A stretch of 63,993 nt of DNA, counting the filler, from Octopus bimaculoides (lineage: Eukaryota): NCBI RefSeq assembly GCF_001194135.2. It is 4 parts of 4 records of this genome, joined end to end, with 100 filler letters (N's around TTAATTAATTAA, not from the genome) between each part and the next. Parts side by side here need not be neighbours in the genome. Positions count along the whole stretch, not along the records: positions 1 to 23,888 come from NC_068992.1; 3 more parts are not named here. The stretch is one strand, 5' to 3'. The position numbers and the translations under genes were made by a program. Positions 1 through 12,000 of the stretch are shown here, piece after piece (the first letter of the stretch is position 1; each line of letters opens with the position of its first letter). The notes beneath the pieces were generated by a model. The model had not been told where the DNA came from, did not search any database, and worked only from the letters and a program-made list of their open reading frames with translations.

Positions 1-77
1 TATATATATACAGAGAGAGAGAGAGAGAGAGAGAGAGTGATAGATAGACAGACAGACAGACAGATAAATAGATAGAC

Positions 78-130
<53 letters not shown>

Positions 131-475
131 TAATGCATTTTGGGAACGAGTGTAGCGTTCCTTACTACTTTCCAGCAAGGTGCAACTATTAACATTTCAT
201 ATCTTATATGATGGCCAGTGAGACAAGCAAAAGGGTGACCATGTTGTTGAGGGAGAAATACTACATAGTATTCGAAAACATTACACATGCGCGAGCACAA
301 ACACACGTGCACACGCACTTGCACTCACACACACTCACACACTCACACACACACTCACACACTCACACACACACTNNNNNNNNNNNNNNNNNNNNNNNNN
401 NNNNNNNNNNNNNNNNNNNNNNNNNNNNNNNNNNNNNNNNNNNNNNNNNNNNNNNNNNNNNNNNNNNNNNNNNNN

Positions 476-730
476 GTGTGTGTGTGTGTGTGTGTGTGTG
501 TTTGTGTGTGTCTTTGTGTTTGTGTTTGTCTGTCATCAATGCTTGACCACCGGTGTGGATGTGTTTACGCTCCCGTAACCTAGTGGTTCGGCAAAAGAAA
601 CTGATACAATAAGTATTAGACTTTAAACAATAAGCCTTGGTGTTGTCTTGTTCGATTAAAAACCCTTATAAGGCGGTGCCCCAGCATGGCCGCAGTGAAA
701 TGACTGAAACAAGTAAAAGAATAAAAGAAC
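476..730 (+). mobile_element. SINE family A (microsatellite-containing), 3' half
   Basis: Shares body (cttgaccaccggtgtggatgtgtttacg...gttcggcaaaaga) and tail (ggcggtgccccagcatggccgcagt...gactgaaacaagtaaaaga) with 17 other copies in the window; 5' part lost in an N gap. Confidence 0.85.
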
Positions 731-1187
731 ACACACACACACAAACACACACACATATAAATAAGATGAAATAATTTATTCCCCCAACTGACATCCATAA
801 AACATTTGCTATATAGATGTCAATTGGGGAAATAAATTTTTTCATCTTATACCATCTGGCTTTCTTTGTATCTTATACACTCCTAATGAAGTAACCATTA
901 CTCATTGCATTTACTGGAGTTCAACTGCATCGGACTCTATATTACACTGCTTTGGTTTCTTTTGGCTTTCAATGTGGTTGTAGCCTGATCCATCAAAGAG
1001 GCTTTCTTTGTGAGTACCACCGATTTAGTTAGATTAGGTAAATCCATATATTATCCATTAAAGAAATAGATAGATAAATAGAAAGACAGATAGACAGGTA
1101 AATAGATAAAATGAAAGATAGATAGGTATATATATAGATACATAGATAGAGAGCTAGATAGACGGATAGATAGATACATAGATAGTT

Positions 1188-1288
<101 letters not shown>

Positions 1289-1705
1289 CGTACATGATCA
1301 TGTTATGGTAACAAAACTGGCTACTCCAAACTAAGTTTCCACCTTAGTGGTGGTCACGTGAATGGATAACCTAACAAGACAAGACCGAGCATATAAACTG
1401 AACAGCTCGGCAACGACTGGCCATCAAACTCGCAGACGAAAGGTGACCCCATGAAAGCTTTTGGGTACCAGGCTGTTTAACGTTCAACCTACTGGCCTTG
1501 CTCTGTTTTTCACTTATGAGAGAATCCTCCGTGATAAGCGTGAGAACAACTCGTTTGGATATTTGTGTTTTTTATTTCCTAATTAGTTCGCCTTAACGAA
1601 ATTTGAACTCAGAATGTAAAAGCAGAATCGTGTGTGCTAAAGACTCAGCCAGTTCGTCGCCTTAAAGACCAGCATAATAATGGCGATATTTTACAAAATT
1701 CTTCA

Positions 1706-1908
1706 TTATTCTTTTATTCATTTACTCGTTTCAGTCATTTGACTGCGGCCATACTGGAGCACTGCCTTTAGTCGAACAAATTGATCCCGGAACTCATTCT
1801 TTGTAAGCCTAGTAATAGGCTTACTAGTGAACCGCTAAGTAACGGGGATGTAAACACACCAGCACCGAATGTCAAGCGATGTTGGGTGGGGGGACAAATA
1901 CACGCACG

Positions 1909-1979
<71 letters not shown>

Positions 1980-2140
1980 ACACACACACACGCATGCATA
2001 TACGACGGGCTTCTTTCAGTTTTCGTCTACCAAATCCACTCATAAGGCTTTGGTCGGCCTGAGACTATAGTAGAAGATACTTGCCCAAGGTGCCACGGAG
2101 TGGGACTGAACCCTACTTACTACACTGCCACTCCTACGCA
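1706..2140 (-). mobile_element. SINE family A, near full length with (CA)n insert
   Basis: Reverse complement of the copy at 2274; the head has an internal deletion. Confidence 0.9.
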
Positions 2141-2273
2141 ATGCTTTTCAGCAAAAATATTTTTTTAAGAAGACGTTAAAGTAATCTAAATTAAATTCTT
2201 CCATCAAGATTGGTTAATTTATGTCTTAAAGACCAGCTTGATAATGCCAAAGTTACTTTACTAAATTCACTAT

Positions 2274-2678
2274 AGGCGCAGGAATGGCTGTGTGGTAAGT
2301 AGCTTGCTTACCATCCACATTGTTCCGGGTTCAGTTCCACTGCGTGACACCTTGGGCAAGTGTCTTCTGCTCTAGCCTCAGGCCGACCAAAGCCTTGTGA
2401 GTGGATTTGGTAGACGGAAACTAAAAGAAGCCCGTCTTATATATGTATGTTTGTTTGTGTGTCTGTGTTTCTCCTACCACCTCACCATCGCTTGAAAACC
2501 GATGCTGGTGTCTTTACGTCCTCCGTAACTTAGTGGTTTGGCAAAAGAGACCGATAGGTTAAGTACTAGTCTTACAAAGATTAAGTCCTGGGGTCAATTT
2601 ATTCGACTAAAGGCGGTGCTCCGGCATGGCCGCGGTCAAATAACTGTAACAAGTAAAAGAAATAAAACAATAAAAGAA
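2274..2678 (+). mobile_element. SINE family A, full length (reference copy)
   Basis: tRNA-like head with A-box-like TGGCTGTGTGG and B-box-like GGGTTCAGTTCC, internal (TA/TG)n, conserved 3' tail ending in (taaaaga)-like repeats. Confidence 0.92.
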
Positions 2679-3201
2679 TATTGAAAAGTACTTGAAACAA
2701 AGGCTGGGAATTTCAACAGAAATATTTTAGTGAACGAGTTAAACGCCGTTTCATAGAAGACAGTACGACCGCGCCCGCCCGCCCGCCTGTCATCCAGACA
2801 GCCATGCAGCATGCCAGCCGAGAGCCAATTGACCAACCAGCCTGCTAGTCAGTCGAACAGCCAGCTTGATATTGACTTCAACACAAAGGTCTTCTCCGTA
2901 TATTGTAGCATCTTAACATTCGATCTACAAAGGGCAATTCTTTCGCTTTAAACGTTCTACCACAGAGAATAACCAATAGCATGAAAGCCAAGGCGGTTTC
3001 CATGTGTCAGTTTATGGAGAGATATTGCTGGCTGGTATTTCGATTCAAAGTATGTTGATTTAAGTTGTCCGCTGGGAAATCCACGCGGCATGTTAACGAA
3101 GGCCATTGTAAACCACGGCTTGAGAACAACAGTCAAGGCATTTTCGCTCGTATGGCCCTTTTGGTTGTAATGTTGGGAATGACGACAGTAAGAGCAGCAA
3201 A

Positions 3202-3235
<34 letters not shown>

Positions 3236-3619
3236 ACAGTAGTAATAGTAGTAGAGGATTTTATGGTGATGTAGTGGCGGTAGTGGTGTTCCGTTCTGAA
3301 ATAACACTGCTCACAACAATGCTTCTCTTCTCTTCCCCAAGACCCTTGTTAAATGCTGCAGTGTTTTATTTCTTTTAACCGTGAAATAGAAGCGTATTTT
3401 GAGCGATGAACGGAAGCTGACGGTGATGGTGGCATGGCGGTGGTGGCATGGTGGTGGGGAGGCGTGTGGAGCGAGAGTCACGTGATGCTTAATTAAATTG
3501 TCACCATAGAAGTAACAATATTCTCTTTTTAATTAATGCTTTTTGATTTCTTTTTTGTTTGTGTTTTATCTGTTTTTCTACTTTTCTCTTGTTATGCAAT
3601 ATTTCTTCCTTCCTTCTTT

Positions 3620-3665
<46 letters not shown>

Positions 3666-4167
3666 TTTCTTCCCTTCTTTCTTTTTCCTCTTCCTTCCTT
3701 CCTTCCTTCCTTCCTTCCTTCCTTCCTTCCTTCCTTCCTTTCTTCCTCCCTCCCTCCCTTCCTCCTTCCTTCCTTCTTTAANNNNNNNNNNNNNNNNNNN
3801 NNNNNNNNNNNNNNNNNNNNNNNNNNNNNNNNNNNNNNNNNNNNNNNNNNNNNNNNNNNNNNNNNNNNNNNNNNNNNNNNNNNNNNNNNNNNNNNNNNNN
3901 NNNNNNNNNNNNNNNNNNNNNNNNNNNNNNNNNNNNNNNNNNNNNNNNNNNNNNNNNNNNNNNNNNNNNNNNNNNNNNNNNNNNNNNNNNNNNNNNNNNN
4001 NNNNNNNNNNNNNNNNNNNNNNNNNNNNNNNNNNNNNNNNNNNNNNNNNNNNNNNNNNNNNNNNNNNNNNNNNNNNTAAGGCATGTAAAATGCAATATCA
4101 TTCATTAATGCAATCTCCATGGTAACAATACCTCCAACAGCATTATAACAACAGCAACAACAACAGC

Positions 4168-4226
<59 letters not shown>

Positions 4227-4260
4227 TAATAATAACAACAACAACAACAACAACAACAGC

Positions 4261-6062
4261 TGGCCTCAATATGACTTGGATTGATTACCAGAAAGCATTC
4301 GAGAGTGTTCCACATTCATGAATACTGGAGTCTCTCCACACAGATAAAGTAGCTTCAACACAGCTAAAATATATCAACCATTGAATGGCAAATTGGAAAA
4401 CCAGCCCCTTCTTTTCTGTTTTGTTGTGACCCCACTAACAAGCTTGTTAAATGTAGCAACCACGTGTGACATATGCTATGCACAAACAGTGAATCATCTC
4501 TTATACATTGATGACTTAAACATTTCCATTAAAATTACCACGGAATAGAAAACCTTCCAGAAATTGTCCATCGTTTCAGCAAAGACATCAGGATGAGCAT
4601 GGGGTTGAATGAATGTGCCAAAATGACATCGAGAAGAAGCAAATTAATCATCATTGAAACGTTGCACCGGTCATAGACATAAAAATCAGAGGGATTAGGC
4701 CACAATCGCCCATAAGACTATCTAGGAGTAGACGAAATAGCGAAAATACAACACACGGAAATAAAAGAAAAAATTAGGAGATAATACAAAAAGAGAACTG
4801 TTCTAATATTAAAAACTGAATTCAGTGCTAAAAATACGATAATAAGGATGAAAACGCTAGCCATACCAATAATAAATTACAGTTTCAACATAATAAGCTG
4901 AAAGATTAGTGAATTCAAAAACTTAGAAAACCCAGAAAATTATTAATAACAAACGAAGTCACCACCCCGGATACATTTACTCCGCTCAGAAAAAGGTCGC
5001 AGCCTGATACAGATGGAGGAGCACTATAAAATAGTAACAACTGAACTAGAAAAAATACTTGGAAACAAAAGATGGAGGACAAGTACATGTCATAAAACAA
5101 CACACACACACAAAGAATGAAAACGCTTTTGTCTATGCACAACGAGGCAACAAAACAGAAAACAGAAATAAACTAGTGATACACTAATCTCAGATGACAG
5201 CAAAGCAGAAATGGCCAAAGAAACAAAAAAGAAACATGAAAACAGAACTGCAAAGCATACTAAAGAAGAAATGGAGAGAAAAATCAGTCCATGGCCAATA
5301 TCCTGCAAGACTTGACATAGAAAGCGGGAATCTAATTAAAAGCCAATAATGGTTCAAACAATTTGGACTAAAAGCAGAAACGGAAGGACTGATTATCGCT
5401 GCACAAGACCAATGCCTGACTAGGAACAACTCTAAAAGCAAAATAGGTCCTAACGCCAAATGCAGAATGTGTAACAAACACAATGAGACAGTTGGCCATT
5501 TCATCTCTGGCTGTCCAGTCCTTGCCAAATCTGAATATATATATACAGACACGATCGAGTAAGTAGTTATATTAACTGGACAATATGCCAACACTAAAAC
5601 ATAAAAACTTACAATAAATGGTATAAAACTGCGCCAAACAAGATGCAGGACTACGTCCAGGACACAATAATCTGGAATATGTCTGTTTAAACTGACAAAG
5701 AAATAAAAGCCACTCACCAGACTTAATAATCAAGGACTGGGGGAAAAAAAAGCAACCTCTTGCTTACTAGTAGACATTGCAATACATTCTGGCCAAAATA
5801 TTGCCCCCAAAGAAGTGGAGAAATTGTTAAAGCACAACGACCTCAAAATTTAAGTATTCAAGATGTGGGGCAGTAAGGAGAAAACAATAGCAGTAATAAC
5901 TGGAGCATTAGGTATCACAAAAACAACAGCAACAAACAACAAAAAAAACGTATAAACAAAAACGTAGAAGCTATACCTGAACTCTCAACATTACTTACAA
6001 TCCAAAAAATAGCCCTGCTTGGAACAGCCCACATCCTACGCAAGACACTATCAATTCAGTAG
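4261..6062 (+). pseudogene. 5'-truncated R4/Dong-type non-LTR retrotransposon (RT + CCHC zinc knuckle + REL endonuclease), frameshifted
   Basis: Manual translation: LNMTWIDYQKAFESVPHS (4266+), NHLLYIDDLK with YIDD at 4504-4515, CRMCNKHNETVGHFISGCPVLAK (5461+), PDLIIKD-like REL motif, C-terminus QKIALLGTAHILRKTLSIQ* ending 6062. Multiple stops and frameshifts; missed by the ORF track. Confidence 0.9.
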
Positions 6063-6414
6063 GACAACCAAAATAAGACAATCCACAAACACAAGACACG
6101 CTCTATACAATAAATATGCGATGAGATAAGCAAAACCCTTAACATGTGCTCTACATGGCGGATTCCCGACAGAAGAGCATAACTCGCCTTATACATACAA
6201 CTCACAATACAAACGTTAATACAACAAAAAACTTCAACAACTCCTCATAAATAAAAAACCAAACAAACAAACTGCTGCGGTACAATACCAGGAAGAGTTT
6301 GCACTCCCCCAACAACAAAAAAGAACACTATGCTGCACCTACCCCAGTAGCGGGAAGGTGTAGCAGGTGATGCTGTAGAAATCCACCTGAAGCTATCAAA
6401 TATCGAATACGAAT

Positions 6415-6618
6415 AAGTTGTTAGCGCGTTGAACGTAATGCTTAGCGGCATGACTTTCAAGTGCCTACGTTCTGAGTTCAAATGCCACCGATGTTACACC
6501 TCGCCTTTTTTATATCTGGGATCGATAAAATGAAGTACTAGTTCAGAACCTGGGTCGATGTAATCGACGATCCTCCAATCCAAAAATGTCAAGCCTTGTG
6601 CCTCTATTAGAAAGGATA
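6415..6618 (+). mobile_element. SINE family B, divergent copy
   Basis: aatgcttagcggc...cgttctgagttcaaat...gtcgatgtaatcgac...gccttgtgcc matches copies at 31503, 42711 and 55587. Confidence 0.75.
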
Positions 6619-6622
6619 ATAA

Positions 6623-6677
<55 letters not shown>

Positions 6678-6694
6678 AATAATAATAATAATAA

Positions 6695-7282
6695 CGCCAC
6701 TAGCCCAGAAAGAATATAAAAGACGTCATGACAATATAGCAAGGATTGTCCGTTGGACACTTCGCAACAAGTATGGACTTGACAGAGCAAAAAAGTGATA
6801 CGACCACAAACCGGAAGGCATCATCGGAAATGATAATGCAAAGATCCTATGGAATTTTATGATTCAGTGCGACCATGAGATAGGGAATAGGAAGCCAGAC
6901 ATAGTCTTGATTAAGGAAAAAAAGCAAACGATGCTGGATCATAGATGCCCAGCTGACAACAAGGTATGCGATAAAGAAGAAAGAAAAGTCGATAGATATG
7001 ACAGGTTAGCTTGGGAGGTTAAGCAGTTGTGGTCAAGGGAAAAGGTGGTAGTAGTACCAATAATTGTCGGAGCCCTGGGAACAGTGAGTAAAAATCTTGG
7101 GAAGTATATGGAACGAATATGGGCTGCAATAAGGGTGGAGTACTTACAGAAAACAGCACTGATTGGAACCGCTCGAATACTCCAGAAGGTGCTCGAAAAA
7201 TAAAGGGTGCTACCTTGGTTCACTGGTGGGGAACAGCTGACACTAGTACATCTCCAGCGTTAGAAGTTTTGCAAAAACAAGA
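6695..7282 (+). pseudogene. R4/Dong-type LINE 3' fragment (REL endonuclease + 3' UTR)
   Basis: PLAQKEYKRRHDNIARIV; ORF 6859-7203 RKPDIVLIK...VVPIIVGALG...QKTALIGTARILQKVLEK*; flanked by (AAC/AAT)n on both sides. Confidence 0.9.
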
Positions 7283-7344
7283 ATAATAATAACAACAACA
7301 ACAACAACAACAACAACAATAATAATAATAATAATAATAATAAT

Positions 7345-7692
7345 TGACATAGCATGCCCCGGTGACAGCAGGATCAATGTGGAAAGAATAAACAACTATG
7401 ACAGTTTGAAGTGGGAAATACGAAGGTTTTGGTCAATGAAGAGAGTAGACGTGATACGAATAGTAATTGGCGCGCTTGGAAGTATCAGCACTCAATTACC
7501 AGCATGGCTGAAGAAGATTGGTGCAAGTGTAAAGGTAGAACACCTACAAAAGTCAGCATTGCTTGGAACTGCAAGAATTCTTTGCAGGGTTCTTGAAGTA
7601 TGACCAATAAAACAAATGTCACCTTAGTCTGCTGGCTGTGGACAGCTGACACTTTCCATCATACCCAGCAAAATAAGCTATGAGTTTTCATG
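7345..7692 (+). pseudogene. R4/Dong-type LINE 3' fragment
   Basis: DIACPGDSR...LKWEIRRFWSMKRVDVIRIVIGALGS...QKSALLGTARILCRVLEV*; flanked by (AAT)n on both sides. Confidence 0.88.
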
Positions 7693-7795
7693 TAATAATA
7701 ATAATAATAATAATAATGATAATAATAACGACAACAACAATCATGATAATAATGACAGCAGCAACAACAACAATAATAATAAAGATAATAATAAT

Positions 7796-7838
7796 CGACA
7801 TAGCATGCCCCGGTGACAGCAAGATCAATGTGAAAGAA
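7796..7838 (+). repeat. Short duplicate of the 5' end of the 7345 fragment
   Basis: gacatagcatgccccggtgacagca(g/a)gatcaatgtg repeated, again directly after (AAT)n. Confidence 0.8.
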
Positions 7839-8859
7839 ATATACACAACTACATAAATAGGCAAATATACACAAATTCATAAATAAATAATTGTACATTC
7901 AAGAACCACAAGAACAACAACAAAAAACAAAGAACCACGGTAAACCCCCCACCCTACCCTCAATTCTGTTCGCTTGATTGCTTGAAACATAAAAAGAGGG
8001 TGGCAGGTCCTTTATGAAGTAAAGTCTCTAACGAAATATATCTATTTCAATAATATTGACAGGTTTCTCCATTATTTCGATTGGCAGTTCCCTATGCTGA
8101 AAGTAGTAATAGTAGTAGTTTGTAGTAGTAGTAGTAGTGGTAGTAGTAGTAGTAGTAGTAGTAGCAGTAGTAGTAGTAGCAGTAGTAGTAATAGTAGTAG
8201 TAGGAGTGGGGGCACGAGCAGCTGAAAGAGTATTAATTGTAGTAAGAGAAGTATCAATTCGTCTCCACTTAGCAACTAATACACATTTTCTTTCTTACTT
8301 TCTTTCTTCCTTTTTCCTTTTTCTTTCTTTCTTCTTCTTCTTCTTCTTCTTCTTCTTCTTCTTCTTCTTCTTCTTCTTCTTCTTCTTCTTCTTCTTCTTC
8401 TTCTTCTTCTTCTTCTTCTTCTTCTTCTTCTTCTTCTTCTTCTACATAGACAAAAATGCATAGGCACATTCGTACATATATATATATATATATATACCTA
8501 CATAAATCCATACATACGTACATGCATGCATGCATGCATACATACATATATACATGCATAACAGACTGACAGACAGACAGACATTTATACTATCTGGAAA
8601 AACTAGATTTTCCAGAAAAATATATTAACCAGAGAAAACGCACTTTACAGATATAGTCCGTAAGCGGAACAGTAAAATTATGTGAGAGTTTTCTCAAGTT
8701 TAGCATGTAACACCATGTTTGTGGTCAACATTGTAACGGTGAGGCTTTAAGCTTCGTTAGACACAAGCACCCGTTTAACAGGAAGACCCCAAAAGATTAA
8801 AAAATAGAGGAGACCTTAACAGATTCATACATTCATGTATACGTGCATGCATGCATATA

Positions 8860-9070
8860 TCACGCGACCGGCCAGACTATCAGATGTTGCAACACACGTT
8901 ACTGATCACAATGCGCTTTGCATCATTTTAACCTTCAAATGACGCCATCCTGTTGGCTAGACGAGCAGGTCACCATTCCACCCTGATCGAAAGGTGGTGT
9001 GGGGGTGGCTGGAGCAGCGTGAAATTAAACGTTTTGTTTAAGAACACAACGCACTGCCAGGATTAAAGTT
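8860..9070 (-). mobile_element. SINE family C (shared core), headless or divergent copy
   Basis: ggagcagcgtgaaattaaacgttttgttaagaacacaacgc matches the core of the copies at 11092 and 45835; the tail differs. Confidence 0.6.
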
Positions 9071-9129
9071 TCGTACATGACACTTATCACAGTTTGGTAA
9101 ATGCTTTACACGAAACTGTAAGCACTCCA

Positions 9130-9330
9130 GTCACTCACGTAACTTTACGGCTATTAAAAATGGAAGTGCGTGGACTGCTGAACTCTACACGTTTTCTGCA
9201 TTCACTCTCTCTTTATTTTCTCTTATTCCTTTTTGCTGAAGAGCGTAGGCTCGAAACGTAAAAGACTTCTTCATTTTTCCCGAGCGTCAAACTAATACAC
9301 CTCTCTTCATCTTTTGTTTTTCTATATAAG
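9130..9330 (+). mobile_element. Penelope-like terminal-repeat fragment (family H2) with HHR-like motif
   Basis: tgaagagcgtaggctcgaaacgtaaaagac...cccgagcgtca.actaata is shared with the minus-strand copy at 43470-43660. Confidence 0.6.
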
Positions 9331-9743
9331 TTTCAACTATGTATATATATATATATATATCTCATTCCAGGGTGAAAAACTAGAGGTAGTCGATAGCTTC
9401 CGCTNNNNNNNNNNNNNNNNNNNNNNNNNNNNNNNNNNNNNNNNNNNNNNNNNNNNNNNNNNNNNNNNNNNNNNNNNNNNNNNNNNNNNNNNNNNNNNNN
9501 NNNNNNNNNNNNNNNNNNNNNNNNNNNNNNNNNNNNNNNNNNNNNNNNNNNNNNNNNNNNNNNNNNNNNNNNNNNNNNNNNNNNNNNNNNNNNNNNNNNN
9601 NNNNNNNNNNNNNNNNNNNNNNNNNNNNNNNNNNNNNNNNNNNNNNNNNNNNNNNNNNNNNNNNNNNNNNNNNNNNNNNNNNNNNNNNNNNNNNNNATAT
9701 ATATATATATACATACATACATACATACACACACACATACATA

Positions 9744-11005
9744 CATGGTGCGATGGGTAAATTGTTGTCATTTTATATTTTTTATTTTGTGCATGCTGAC
9801 TGTTTATCTGATTTTGTCGACTGCACAGAATATTAGGGTCAGTTGGGCATCCTCTGTGAGAAAAACTGCACCATGACGCAATTTACTCTGCAAGAAATCT
9901 GGAAACGACATGCTATATTGCTTGGTACTTGCGCTGGTACGAACATTTCAGAGTGTTTGGGTGTCAATCTGAGGACTACAGAGGATTCGGAAAGAGTTGG
10001 ATGAGTCGAATGGTGATTACGAAGGTACGGTAGCTCGGAAAACTAATTCTGATCGTTCTGAAATCAGAACTCCTGAATTTGTTGGAAAGATCCAGGCCAT
10101 GATTGACAATGATCACTCCAAGTCAATCAGGTCTATCGGAATGTCTGAGTTTCTTATCAGACATGTTGTGCATGAAGACATTAGGTGTTTCTCATACAGA
10201 ATAAGAAAGGGTCAACCTTTATACGAAACAATCAAGGACACTAGAAAAGACCGTGCTACACATCTTTTCAACACACTCAAGCATTCCCTCCAACCGAACA
10301 GGCTCTGGTTTTTCCCAGACGAGAAACATCTCTGCCAGGATCAGATGGTGAACATACAGAACAACCGTTGCATTGCCGTGTCCCCAAAACATATAGTGAG
10401 AGCGATAAAAATAAAAAATACAGTCAACGTCATGGTGTTTGGAGTGATGATTAGTGATGGCGACGTTATGCCTCTATTCATCTTCCCAAACGGCGTCAGA
10501 CTCAACACGGAGGCCTACATCAAGTACCGGGAGTAAGTAGTGTTTCCTTGGGTCAAGAGTGTGGCTGCTGGAAGACTATGGCAACAGCACCCTGCACCAT
10601 GCCACACAAGCAGCAGAACCCAGTCATGGCTGTTAGACAATTTCTGCGATTACATCACTCCTACCATCTAACTCACCAAACTGCAACCCCTTTGAGTATT
10701 ATGTGAAGGGCGCAGTTGAGCGGGAGACCAAAAAATTACCTGTAACACCAAAGATGAACTGAAGGCAAGGATGATGGCAGCATTCACCAACTTAAACAAA
10801 ATGACCGTCTAGAAGAGTTGCGGGAGATTTCGAAGTCGTCTGGAGGCCGTGGTTGAAACCAATGGCGAATTTATTGAATAAATTTATATATTTATTGTTT
10901 AATATTTCAAGGTATTTTTATGTAATTTTCGTAAATATATCTGACAAAGTATGTGTTGCTTTCATTTTTGCGTAATCTAGACAATAATTTATTCATCTCA
11001 TCCTG
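9744..11005 (+). mobile_element. Full-length decayed Tc1/mariner-superfamily transposon, maT (DD37D) type
   Basis: 26-bp imperfect TIRs (catggtgcgatgggtaaattgttgtc at 9744; gacaataatttattcatctcatcctg ending 11005; 20/26 match), TA at the left flank. Transposase remnants LWFFPDEK, VMVFGV..SDG, APCHTS, CNTKDELKARMMAAF; stop at 10536 and later frameshifts. Confidence 0.9.
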
Positions 11006-11091
11006 CATGTAGACACACACACTCACACACGCACACACATGCACATACACACACACACATACATATATATGTATTTATGTATGTATACATA

Positions 11092-11414
11092 TAAGGGGTA
11101 AAGGCATCCTTCGGTCATCAATGACCATGGGGTTGCACATAGGACATTATCCACCCAAGGCACAAGACCAACAGTTTCCCATGCATACGAGCCTCCCCTC
11201 TCCATACCACTCATTTTGTTCAAGGGAAAGGCAAAGGAGCCGATACAGCTTGGTGCCAGTGACGTCATAACTCATTTCTACAGCTGAGTGAACTGGAGCA
11301 ACATGAAATAAAGTGCTTTGCTCAGGAACACAACATGCAGCCCTGTCTGGGAATCGAACTCACTGCCGCATGATTGTGAGTCCCATACTCTAACCACTAA
11401 AGCATGCACCTTCA
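11092..11414 (-). mobile_element. SINE family C, full length (tRNA head + conserved core)
   Basis: Minus strand: gtgaaggtgcatgctttagtggttagagt...gagttcgattccc (A/B boxes), then tgttgtgttcctgagcaaagcactttatttcatgttgctccag, then a distinct tail. Confidence 0.85.
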
Positions 11415-11462
11415 CACACACACACACACACACATACACACAATATATATATATATATATAT

Positions 11463-11580
11463 TGGGGAAGTGTCTTCTACTATAACCTCGGGCCGACCAA
11501 ATCCTTGTGATTGGATTCGGTAGAGAGAAACTGAAAGAAGCCCGTCATATATATATATGTGCGTGTGTGTGTGTATATAT
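11463..11580 (+). mobile_element. SINE family A fragment
   Basis: aagtgtcttctactataacctcgggccgacc...gaaagaagcccgtc followed by (TA/TG)n. Confidence 0.8.
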
Positions 11581-11848
11581 ATTATTTACATTATTTACAT
11601 TTGACAGATATTTGTCCTCATCTTGTTTGTTGTTAACACAACATTTCGGCTGATATACCCTCCAGCCTTCATCAGGTGTCTTGAGGAAATTTCGAAACTG
11701 GGTTCTCATTCCTAAGGTGTTTTTCGATGTTGTTGTTGTTGTTNNNNNNNNNNNNNNNNNNNNNNNNNNNNNNNNNNNNNNNNNNNNNNNNNNNNNNNNN
11801 NNNNNNNNNNNNTTGTTGTTCTTCTTCTTCTTCTTCTTCTTCTTCTTC

Positions 11849-11926
<78 letters not shown>

Positions 11927-11996
11927 TCACTGCCTGGAATCGAACTCCGAATCTTGGGATTAGTAGCCCGCGCTCTTAACCATTACGCTATATGCC
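11581..11996 (-). mobile_element. tRNA-headed element with microsatellite and hammerhead-bearing Penelope-like tail (family H1), left copy
   Basis: Minus strand: ggcatatagcgtaatggttaagagcg...gagttcgattccaggc (A-box 11980-11990, B-box 11936-11947), then (AAT)n/(AAG)n/(AAC)n, then ~140-bp tail containing CTGATGA...GAAA. Confidence 0.75.
11635..11680 (-). ncRNA. Minimal hammerhead ribozyme motif (type I-like)
   Basis: GACAC CTGATGA A GGCTG gagggtatat CAGCC GAA AT GT T GTGTT: stem I GACAC/GTGTT, stem II GGCTG/CAGCC, cleavage triplet GUU; position 15.2 C>T. Confidence 0.7.
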
Positions 11997-12000
11997 TGTG

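Noticed and set aside
1301-1548. LTR-like segment (TGTT...AACA, TATA-like box)
   Set aside because: No TSD, no second copy, no adjacent PBS/PPT or pol sequence.
11925-11996. Possible tRNA gene
   Set aside because: A/B boxes present but acceptor and anticodon stems do not pair properly; treated as a SINE-like head.
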